Shown here piece by piece: positions 1-10,060 of a stretch of 64,000 bases of DNA; the stretch's first letter is position 1, and the number at the start of each line of letters is the position of its first letter. Source of the stretch: Paragordius varius (lineage: Eukaryota > Animalia > Nematomorpha). The stretch is from contig OZ176057.1 of the NCBI GenBank assembly GCA_964247055.1, positions 3,100,001 through 3,164,000 on the forward strand, in the 5' to 3' direction. A program made the position numbers and the translations under genes. The notes beneath the pieces are model-generated. The model did not search any database. It was not told where the DNA came from and was given only the letters and a program-made list of their open reading frames with translations.

Positions 1-605
1 CTCGCCGTGTAGAAACCAAGTAGGAGTTCTCTTAAGCTAGGGCTAGGCTGCTTACCCTATATAAGCTTACCTGCCGATGATCAAGGGCTTTAGGATGCCG
101 AAACCTCTATATCAAGTTTTTTTATCTTTGATCTTGCAGATAATATCTCTAATCAGTGCTATGCCTTGGAAATTTAGTCATCACTTAAAATATAGGGTTA
201 AATGATAATTGGTAGGTTGTAACTATATCACTAACTTAGAAATATCTGGAGCCAAAAATTAAAATTATAATTCTGTTGCTCTTTAATCCCTGTTATATAA
301 AAAAATATAAATTGACAACCCAATTTTTATCTCAACTTTCCCGCCAATTTTTTCGGTAAGTTCTAAATCGCAAAAATAAAAAACAAATTATGGTCAAGTT
401 TAATATAATTGTTTCCTTAATTTATATAGCGAAAATTATCTAGTCAAATAGTTGTGTCGTACGATGAAGGACCCGAAACTAGTTAAATTTGTTGAGAGAT
501 ATTAAAATGTTATAATTTTAAATATTTTATCAACTCACAGATATAAATGTTATGTAATAAAAATATTAAGTTATAGTTAAATAGTAAGGATAATTGTACA
601 CACTT

Positions 606-641
<36 letters not shown>

Positions 642-1014
642 ATTTAATAATATATGGCAAATCAGGAATACGCTAATAAAGTTAAATAAACTACAATTTT
701 ATTTTTGGTTATTCTATGGAATTCATTCGATGGAAAATATATTAAGTTTTTTCAATCAGACTTCATCTATTAAGTTTACGTTTTAAAATTACGTTATACT
801 GTAATATTCAACTTTTTGTATGGGGCCAAGGAGAGCAAAAATGTAATAATAATATATTTTTTACCAAAAAATTTTAATATAATAAACCTAAATAAAATCA
901 GATCCAAAAAGATAATTGCCTAAAATAAAAATTTTGATATAATTATTATATCAATAAAAATCACATTAATTTTTTAATAAATTTGGAAGATTGAAAATTG
1001 AATGCCATGAAACC

Positions 1015-1022
1015 TATATAAG
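1015..1022 (+). promoter_or_regulatory. TATA box of repeat-protein gene 1
   Basis: AACC-TATATAAG 49 nt upstream of the ATG. The same AACCTATATAA context occurs 54 nt upstream of the paralog ATG. Confidence 0.7.
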
Positions 1023-1063
1023 GATGCGTTATTTAAATAAAATTTATCTTTTTTTTAAATAAA

Positions 1064-1262
1064 ATGCGAACGTTTGTGTGCATCATTTCCTTATGTCTTG
1101 TCATTGTTAAAGTTTCCTCCGGAGGTATATATTTAGGTTATTGCCCAAAACCTCAAATATATTATATAACTAAAAGAAATTCAAAAAATTCATACAACAC
1201 GAACCTACATTATTTGTATAGAAATTGTTTTTAAAATGTAATTTTAAAGACCTTTGTCAGCA

Positions 1263-1303
<41 letters not shown>

Positions 1304-2320
1304 CGAGGGGGATGTGGATGCGGTGCCAAGCCAGATGTAACCAAAGAATTAATTACAGAAGTAGCAGAGATAGATCAGTCCACAGAAGCTACGAAACGTC
1401 CAAATCGACCTTGGCTACCATGGAGAAGAACTACTATTTCACCTACATGTAAACCTCATCCTCCGCGACATACAACTGAAGAACAGATAACAGAAGAAAC
1501 TACTATTCGTCACACAAAACCTACAAGACCGACGAAACCCCCAGGGTCTACTACCACGTTTCCCACAACATCAAAATCGACTGAAACTGAAGAAACTACT
1601 TGCTCAACACGACCGACTCGATTAACAAGACCAAGCCGACCAACTTGTCACACAAGACCAAGGCCTACAAAACCAATTTGTACAACACGACCAACCCGGC
1701 CCACAAAACCAACCCGACCGACGAAACCAACCTGCACCACACGACCAACTTGTCCCACAAGACCAACCCGGCCCACAAAACCAACCCGACCGACGAAACC
1801 AACCTGTCCCACGCGACATACTCGGCCCACAAGACCAACCCGACCTACAAAACCAACCTGCACCACACGACCAACCCGGCCCACAAGACCAACTCGACCC
1901 ACAAAACCAACCCGACCTACGAAACCAACCTGTCCCACAAGACCAACCCGGCCCACAAAACCAACCCGACCTCCAAAACCGACTTGCCCCACACGACCAA
2001 CCCGGCCCACAAGACCAACTCGACCCACAAAACCAACCCGACCTACAAAACCAACCTGTCCCACAAGACCAACCCGGCCCACAAAACCAACCCGACCTAC
2101 AAAACCGACCTGCCCCACACGACCAACCCGGCCCACAAGACCAACCCGACCTACAAAACCAAGCTGTCCCACACGTCCGACCCGACCCACGAGACCAACT
2201 TGTAAAACTACACCAAAACCAACAAAACCCACCAAAACAACATGTAAGCATCAGCCCAAACCGACCAGACCATGTCCATGCAGGCCAACAACTAAACCAT
2301 CGTATGAAGATCACGAATGA
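1064..2320 (+). CDS. Secreted Pro-Thr-[Arg/Lys/Cys] repeat protein, paralog 1 (glue/silk/mucin-like); two exons, join(1064..1136,1308..2320), ~361 aa
   Basis: Exon 1 from ATG 1064 gives MRTFVCIISLCLVIVKVSSGGIYL (signal peptide), with a phase-1 GT donor after 1136 (alternative phase-1 donor after 1124). The acceptor tttcgag| is at 1307. Exon 2 is one stop-free frame (GGCGCGAKPDVTKELITEVAEID...TTEEQITEETT...(PTR/PTK/PTC)n...[39 protein letters not shown]) ending at TGA 2318-2320. A TATA box lies upstream and AATAAA downstream, and the paralog at 19421 has the same structure. Confidence 0.9.
1266..1300. repeat. (TA)n microsatellite in the intron of gene 1
   Basis: Pure TA run ending 7 nt before the splice acceptor. 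Other (TA)n tracts lie at ~607, 2514, 7183, 39281, 49828, 57661, 58657, 60511 and 60712. Confidence 0.95.
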
Positions 2321-2425
2321 AATTAGTTGGACTAATATAAAATTATAACGACATTTTTTATTGTATGATATATAGGGGAAATCAAATTAAATGATTTTAA
2401 TGTTAATAAATGCTATATTATAGGA

Positions 2426-2431
2426 AATAAA
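2426..2431 (+). promoter_or_regulatory. Candidate polyadenylation signal, gene 1
   Basis: AATAAA in the context AATAAATATTTGCT, matching AATAAATATTAGTTGCT after the paralog. A second AATAAA is at 2405-2410. Confidence 0.5.
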
Positions 2432-2537
2432 TATTTGCTACCTGTAAAAGGATTAATTAACTTAGTGTGCAAAATAAATACTTTTGTCCTTCATACATTA
2501 ACTCTTTCTCTATTATATATATATATATATATATATA

Positions 2538-2820
2538 CCATTTACAGTTCAAATTCACCCTTAAATAATTCAAATTCACCTTTAAACAATTCAAATTCAC
2601 CCTAAAAAATAAATTAAGTGTTTTCGAACTAATATAATTTATTATTAATATGAAATATATCTTTATGGCAGAGTTTATTATTTTTTCATATTATAGTTAA
2701 AAACAAAATTTTATTGTTTAAAAATATAAAAAAATATAGGTAATTCTCAAAAAATAAATAATTTATTTAAGGGTGAATCAATTCAAGGGTTTGAATTGTT
2801 AGGGTCAATAATTGTAATGG
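2538..2820. mobile_element. MITE, family A (TATA|CCATTTACA termini, aattcaaattcaccct subterminal repeats)
   Basis: Left end CCATTTACAGTTCAAATTCACCC and right end GGGTGAAT...TTGTAATGG are inverted; flanked by TATA/TA runs; homologous to 13239-13484 and 63043-63534. Confidence 0.75.
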
Positions 2821-2866
2821 TATATATGACCTTAACCGTGAATGGTTTTAGTTTTCCCGTTAACTC

Positions 2867-2886
2867 CCTCTCTCTCTCTCTCTCTA
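2867..2886. repeat. (CT)n microsatellite
   Basis: Direct reading of the sequence. Confidence 0.9.
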
Positions 2887-2902
2887 TACACACTTACATA
2901 TA

Positions 2903-3050
2903 ATGGTTGCTTATTTCACACTATAGTTGGGCAATTTGCAACATAGTAATATATGAAGAAAGGAAACGATTGTTTATTCCACATTTTGTTGTTTTTTCCA
3001 TACACTAATGTGTTGCCAATTGCCCAACTATGGTGTGAATAAGCAACCAT
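2903..3050. mobile_element. Short foldback MITE with ~45-bp TIRs
   Basis: ATGGTTGCTTATTTCACACTATAGTTGGGCAATT...AATTGCCCAACTATGGTGTGAATAAGCAACCAT inverted repeat; second copy at 62508-62678. Confidence 0.75.
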
Positions 3051-3068
3051 CAAAATGCATACTATATT

Positions 3069-4150
3069 TGCAGTGAATCCACAAAAAATATCCTGATGAA
3101 ATATATATTTATAGGAAAATATATTAGAATTATCATAATGCTTTTAGCTTTGGCCTTTATGAGTGCTTTAAGAAGGTTAATTAGATTTTTATGGTAAGAG
3201 GTCCATATCAGAAAGTAACCAAATTTGAGCAGTTTTCAAATAAATTTTTTGATGAAAGCTAAATGTTTCATTCCAAAAAATATCACTAAAATACATAAAC
3301 TAAATATAAAAACAATAAATTAAAAAAAATTATTTTTAGATGTGGCCTCGAAAGTCCCAAATTTTTTCGCTCTTTTAAAATGGACTAGTTGTATTTTAAA
3401 CATAAAAACGGGATGGCGCAATATTTTTCTAAAATATCTGCTAGATTATTAAGCAAAAATGAATTGATAAATTAACTTATAGCAAAATTTGTTAAAGCGT
3501 ACTTCATACCATTTAAAGGCATAATAAAATAGCATAAGATACGCTTTAATATTTTATAAAAATACACTTTATCTATTTAAATCAATAATGCTCATAATTT
3601 CTATTATCCAAAAATTATAAAATTATACGTCGTCTCAAATTTATGTTAAATATAAATTGTGCTATTTTGCTAAAATTCACAAAAATTTAAAAGCAAACGA
3701 AGCTTTAAACTAAAATTCTGAAGCGAGGGAAATGTTCAGTCTCATATTTTTATAGAAATCTTGTCACATACCATATTCCAGTCAAAAGCAACATTTTTTT
3801 CAAACAAACGCAACATTTTTCAAGTTGATGCTATAAAATAGTAAGAATGCCCACAACAATATTAAAAATTCAATCTTTGAAAAGTATGTTTTTTTAAATC
3901 TTTATAGTTGATATCAAAACTTAGCATAAAGTTTTTTATCACCGATCCCGGCATTTTTGTATTTATAAGAGAACTAGCCCATTTTAGAAGAGCGAAATAT
4001 TTGCGACTTTCAAGGCCATATCTAAAATTAAATTTATTAAAAATATTGGTAGGCTTTTTATATGTACTTTATGATGATATTATTAAAGGATTTAACTACC
4101 AACTCCTGATACATTTTCCTATCAAAATATATATATTTCATCAGGATATT
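3069..4150. mobile_element. Non-autonomous TIR element (Tc1/mariner-like family C), decayed
   Basis: Inverted segments atcctgatgaaatatatatttataggaaaat (3090) and attttcctatcaaaatatatatatttcatcaggat (~4148). Shares the ttgatatcaaaatttagcata core with 47400-47890, 49330-49760, 57870-58733 and 58870-59325. Boundaries are approximate. Confidence 0.55.
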
Positions 4151-4379
4151 CTATTATACCCCCCATTCGGATGCAGTGTATATAATACCTTGGTTGTGAA
4201 TGCAAATAATTTTAGTTATTATACTATTTTTAGCCTTTTTAAACACCGAATCATGAGTTAGAGTTTCACACCAATTTTTTTGTTACCCGCTAATTTAATA
4301 AGTTTCAATTTTTAGGTGAGATGAATTTGAAAAGAAAATTAAGTAAACCCAAAAATGATCACGTGGTGGAAAACACTTG

Positions 4380-4585
4380 GATTGCTTTAATTTTATATGG
4401 GTAGGAATGGTTTTCAAATAATATGACCTAAGTTTTCCATGGATTTTCCGAGGTTATCGCCGTGCAGTTTAAACCCGATTGTTTCTAATTTCGTAAATAT
4501 AGTTATTTGATTTTCCTTGTAATTTATGTCGGTTTCACCTGCTACAATAATTTCGTCTAAATAGACAGCTGTATTTATGCAATCA
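4380..4585 (-). pseudogene. Ty3/Gypsy reverse-transcriptase fragment
   Basis: The minus strand translates to TAVYLDEIIVAGETD...TKLETIGFKL...ENLGHII, resembling the YLDD...G.KL...LGH region of Gypsy RT. Isolated and stop-interrupted. Confidence 0.6.
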
Positions 4586-5019
4586 TTTTAATAATCCAAT
4601 TATTTGATGAAAGAAACTTGGGTGCAATTCAACCCCAAAGGTAAACACATACTCTTAAGAAAAAACCTTATTCTGGGTGTACCCAAATTGTAAATATGCA
4701 TTTTAAATCTAGCGTCGATAATGATTTGCCGTTAGAATTTTCGACACTAAGCTTCTTATTAGGTCTAAATATTAACATTAGGATCGAACAATTCATGTCT
4801 TTTGTGGATCGAGTTTAAATTATTTTAAATTTAACCAATCTTACTCATTCTCTACTTTGCAGTAATAATAGCGGTACCGTCAAACTTGCGAATGCTTAAA
4901 AATATTTTATTCACCTCGAGCGACCAAGGCTCTTAGACAATAACTTGTTATATTTATTTTATATCACATATTGCTTATTTTATATATTATTAGCCTAGAA
5001 GAATGTTCTTGAACACTTC

Positions 5020-5550
5020 TAGTTGGTCTTTGAACACTTCAAGTTGGTCTTTTAACACTTCAAATTGGTTTTTCAACTTTATTTATAACTTTTGTCAATC
5101 ACGTGCATTACTCATATATTTTGTTATTTTACACCATTTTCTTTCTTTAACCAATTTTAGATCAATATTAAGTTTCAATCATTCAAAAACCGGATATCTC
5201 TATTAAAGTCTTAATAAAAATATTGTAATAATATTTTAACAACATGTAAAAAAAATTAGTTTTCTGGGTTATTATTCACAATTTTTCGTTGAAAACCTTT
5301 TTTATAATTAAGTAATATTGTTAAATTGGAAAAATTAGGTCGATATGAAAAATCGTTTAAACGAAAAATAAATTTTAAAAAATTAAATATATAATAAATG
5401 AAGAAAATTGGGCAAAATTGATAAAATAAATAATTTCAAAATTTATGATAAAAAAATTTAAAAACTTAAAGGACCAACTTAGTGTTCAACGACTAACTTG
5501 AAGTGTTCGAAACCAACTTGAAATGAAGGACCAACTTAAAGTGCAAATGG
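5020..5550. mobile_element. MITE, family B (21-bp cttgaacacttcaagttggtc arrays), left terminus decayed
   Basis: Direct 21-bp repeats at 5025-5090 and their reverse complements at 5470-5540, ending GTGCAAATGG|TATAT. Confidence 0.65.
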
Positions 5551-5667
5551 TATATTTAATATTTATCAATTCATTCCGAATATTGCTGGTAAGCTCTTCT
5601 TTATAATATGGCACTAGAATGTGTGTAATTTTAGCCAATTCAATCTTTAAGTTATTTGCCTAATATA

Positions 5668-6152
5668 CCATTTGCACTTCAAGATTTTCCTTGAACTTGC
5701 AAGTGGTCCTTAAAATTCTTAAGTTTTAATTTAACCATAATCCTTGCTATTTTATTTTATTTTAACCTAATTTCCTTTATTTTTTATATATTCATTTTAA
5801 AATAAAAATTATGCAAAAATCACTTGTTTGTTTCAAAATAATATTTTCCCAATTTAAAAAAATTATTAATTATATGTTTTGATGAAAAATTCTAAATTAT
5901 AAGCCATTAAATTTATTTCTTTTATTATTACGTGTTAAATCTTATAAATATCCAAAATTTGAAAATTAAGATATACAGTTTCTTAATGATTAAAAGTTAA
6001 TATGGATTTAAAATTTATGTTAAATAATAGAAAATAAGTTAAAAATGATAAAAAATATGAATGATACACGATTTAATTGATAAAATTTAAAAACAAAACA
6101 AAAATGTTTAAGAACCAATTTGAACTGTTCAAGGACCTTGAAGTGCAAATGG
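5668..6152. mobile_element. MITE, family B
   Basis: TATA|CCATTTGCACTTCAAG ... CTTGAAGTGCAAATGG|TATA terminal inverted repeats. Confidence 0.8.
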
Positions 6153-7180
6153 TATATTTTAATACGAATATTGTTATACGCATGTATGAAAATATTATTG
6201 TTATGATATCGACCGTAAAAATCATTCGATCGTTAAATTGTCAATTTTTGGAAAGATTTTGGGTTATGTGCCTTATTAAAAAAGGAAATAAATTTAAAGG
6301 TTACTTTATACCATCGTGAGAATTAGTTTAGACGATGTGGCATCATGACATTATTTCCAATATTCTCACAGTCAACGTTCTTAGCCGCAGTTCCGTTGGT
6401 ACTGATTGGGAGGTGTCGGAATATTCAAGATGTTATAATTATTATGGTTTTTCGATTTGAGGATCGTGGTTATTCAATCCCCTTTTATTAATGTGGTTAT
6501 TATTATTGTTTATCAATGGTGCCATTATTTAGCGACAGCACTTCTACATTCGTCATTCCATTTCCGCTTCATGTGTGACAAGGCGATATAACTACTGAAA
6601 AGGGAGCTCCGTTTGCCTCTGTTTAAATAGTTCCATGTACACTGCTTCTCTTATATAAAATTATAATCACATATTTTATTTGTACGATTACAAAGGGAAT
6701 ATTTAATGATTTTAATGCATTATTAAAAATAAATAATGACGCCCTAATATTATTTTGCCTCTAAAGATAAAAAATTTTAAATTTTTTTTATTAGAATTTA
6801 TTAATTTCATCCTTGTGTTAAATGTGTGAATGTTTAAATTGCACCCCTTCTTTTGATAAAGTGTGTAGGTACTATTCGGAATATATAAATCAATTTAATT
6901 TATAATTGACCATTAAAAACGTGAAAGTTAATTAACAATTTCCCTTTTTCCCATAATATTTTTAAGGACTAACAACAATAATCCAGTGCGTTTAACATGC
7001 TTAATAACCTTATTTAACTTATTCCTATTCGCAGTCTTTTTTAAGCAATAACTATTCGATTATATGAACCTAATGTAGGAATAATGTTTTTTGCACAATC
7101 TCATAGTAGCTACAATATTAAATGAGTAGGGATTCAATTAATTAGGCTCCTAAGTAGAAAATTTTGATGATTTTAAAGTG

Positions 7181-7215
<35 letters not shown>

Positions 7216-7599
7216 CGGCTTTAGTACTTTTTTATGATCGGCTGTAGGCGCGGAGAAGAACTTGGTGTGTTCACTCCCGTGGGGCTTATACCTTTTAATT
7301 TTATAGGAAATTTTGTTTACATTCGGTGATAAATGTTATCTTATTATCTTCATCAATCCATTGTCAGTTTTATCATTCGTAAGAAATTCTATCCCTTAGA
7401 ATTACAAGCACTTATAAATTATTCTACAGAGCATACAACTCCAAAATTTACATCGACAGTTTTTATGCTTAACAATTATATTATTCCCTAAAATCCATTC
7501 TTAAACATCAGTGGACATATCATAATTCTTTCTATTGATTCTTATATTTCAGTACACCACCAGTAGTCCAAATTCCTATATGGAAAGCAATAACTCTAA

Positions 7600-9623
7600 A
7601 ATAAACTCCCGTAATTTACCAATAAATATGGCGACTTGGAATATACGTGGCAGTTCAAATAACAAATTGGATATAAATTGGATATAATAGCGAGAAGAAA
7701 CGTTTATACATCCATGTGTTAGGGCTGTCGGAGACTCATATGCAACACAACTCACACAAAATATACGACAATTACTCGTTTTATAACTCAGGCGGGGAGC
7801 TCAACGAAAAGGATGGGGTTTCTTAATATCGAATAATCTTGCCAAACATACCGATATATAGACCTATCTCCGATCGAATTATATCCCTACGAATTAACAC
7901 GAGACCCCAGGCTATAACAATATATCAAATCTATGCCCGCCTGCCACAACTAAAAACAAAGTTACCATATCACAACAAAGCATCGACTTAATTGAACAGA
8001 GAAGAATAGCAAAATCCAAGGGCACTCCCCTTGAGTACAAAAATATTAATAATGAACTACAAAAAAGCATAAGATCCGACAAAGAATCTCATTATAATAC
8101 AACGCTAACCTAGAGCAAGCTGCTAAACTTAATCACAACTACTTCTCTTATATTTAAGACATTCAACCGCGCAAAAAACAAATGTACAAAGGTCCTATGT
8201 CTCATTTAAACGGAAAAATTCTAACCGATAAGAAAGAAGTAAATAAACTTCGGGAAGAATACATCCAAAATTTATTCACAAAACAATCAACTTTAATCGC
8301 TACGAACCTTGAACATACTTATGACTCACCAATACTAAAAGAAGTTGAATGGGTCCTGAGGCACTCATCAACCGGCAAAGCAGAGGGATTCAAAGACATC
8401 CCTACAGACCTACAAAGGCACATTCCCATAAAATTAATTCATTCATTATTCCAAAAAAACTTTAGTGAGGCAACATTCCCGGCGGACTGGAACAAATCAC
8501 TAGTGGTCCCGATATTTAAAAAGGGCGAACCTAAATTATGTGAAAACCGCACAATAGCATTAATCAATTAAACCTCAAAAGTGTTCTTAAAAATAATACA
8601 TAACCGTCTACAAACATATGTCAACCCGGAAATCTTAATGACGCAGGCAGGCTTTAGAAAAAGAGGATGCCGAGACATGATCTCAAACATTAGATGGATA
8701 ATGAAAAAAACTGTGAATTCCAAAATGAGCTACACCTATGCTCCGTGGATTTCTCTAAAGCCCTCTATACCGTTCAACATGACATTCTCTGGAAGGCCCT
8801 TAAACAAATAGGTTCCGATCACTTAATCAAACTAATTAAATCCACATACTCCAACTCCTACCTATCACTAAACACCCATGGCCCGACCTCTTGGAGTCCA
8901 ATGAACATAGGCCTGCGTCAAGGCTGCATTTTATCCCCCATGTTGTTCAACATATATTTGGAATGTATCATGAGTCTAAATCTGCCAGGAATAAAAGTAG
9001 GAGTCATACTCTGACGACTCTTCATTACGCAGACGACACGGTAATCTTAGCAAATTCATAAACAAACCTCGAAAACAGTCTCCGAACTTTTATAAATGGT
9101 GCAAAAAATACATAAACCTTAACAAAACTAAATATTGCTTATCAACTCCCCTCATTCCTATGCTAAAAACAAAGATTCGACTAATAAACGCATTAATATT
9201 TTCTATCATGTTATACGGATGTGTGGACTATTAAAAGTGAAGACGAAAAAAGAATAAACGCTTTTGAAATGTTTTGCGGGAATACTTGGTATAACATGGA
9301 AGGACAAAATAAAGAACATCGACATTGTAAATAAAATTAACGAAACAACGCTTCGGGGTAAAATAATAAAACAAAAATTCGGTTACTTTGGACACATTAT
9401 TCGGGGACATTCTTTGGAAAAGGATATTATGTTAGGAAAAGTAAATGGCAAGAGAGGAAGAGGACGAAGACGTATTCGCTGGATAGACAAAATCTTATCA
9501 CTTTCCAAATTGTCACTGCAAAAACAATCTCAAAAAGCCCACGACAGAGCCGAGAGGAGGAAGTTTTCTACAAAATCGCTAATGGTCGATAACCGACTAC
9601 AAGCTCAACAACAACAACAACAA
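7600..9623 (+). mobile_element. Non-LTR retrotransposon, RTE clade, frameshifted and internally deleted
   Basis: Endonuclease start MATWNIRG at 7628. RT motifs in ORFs 8182-9014: DWNKSLVVPIFKKG, QAGFRK, VDFSKA, GLRQGCILSPMLFNIY, then HYADD at ~9025. The C-terminal FGHIIRGHSLEKDIMLGKVNGKRGRGRRRIRWID is typical of RTE/BovB, and there is a (CAA)6 tail at 9606-9623. The 5' boundary is approximate. Confidence 0.88.
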
Positions 9624-9899
9624 AGCTCTAACCACAAACTTTTAAGAACCGTTTAATAAAAAATTTAATTTAATTTTTTTTGGTTAATAGGAGTATATAT
9701 TGAAGAAAGCGCTGTTATACAATTATTTTGAATCGCTTATCTACATATATATTTTTGCGGATTTCGTTCAAATTTTATCAGAAAATTGATATGTAGGCTT
9801 AGAACTTGGAGCCAAGCTATCAACTATTTGATCAAAAACATGGAACTGGACCGCGACCATTTTTCTGGAAAATTCGATCAGGAATCGGATCATTTAATC

Positions 9900-10060
9900 C
9901 TGGAAACTGGCTAATTTAACCACATTAAAACGTTTTCTAAACTACATACGCTTTTGTCACATCTTGTCTAAAACCAACAACACCTCTTTGTACACCCACA
10001 TCCCGTGCGTTTCAGCGCTTTCTCCATCACTCTCTAAAAGATTGGTTTTGACTACACTTC
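9900..10060 (-). pseudogene. Possible decayed Gypsy RT fragment
   Basis: The minus strand gives IF*RVMEKSAETHGMWVYKEVLLVLDK, loosely like IFQRVMEQVL...VYLDDVLV. Short and weak. Confidence 0.3.

Noticed and set aside
1600-2205. ORF-track 201-aa + strand ORF (HKTNPT repeats)
   Set aside because: Out-of-frame shadow of the P-T-X coding repeat. It starts at TTG with no signal peptide and has no counterpart in the paralog; the adjacent frame has the splice sites, signal peptide and conservation.
1622-2314. Minus-strand ORFs (GWFCG/GWSCG repeats, 230 aa; VGRVG repeats, 195 aa)
   Set aside because: Antisense shadows. The 9-bp C/A-rich repeat rarely generates antisense stops, and the promoter, splice and poly(A) signals all point to the + strand.
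3092-3130. CTGATGA...GAAA hammerhead-like string
   Set aside because: No valid stem II closing pair or stem I; it lies within the inverted repeat of a family C TIR element in very AT-rich DNA.
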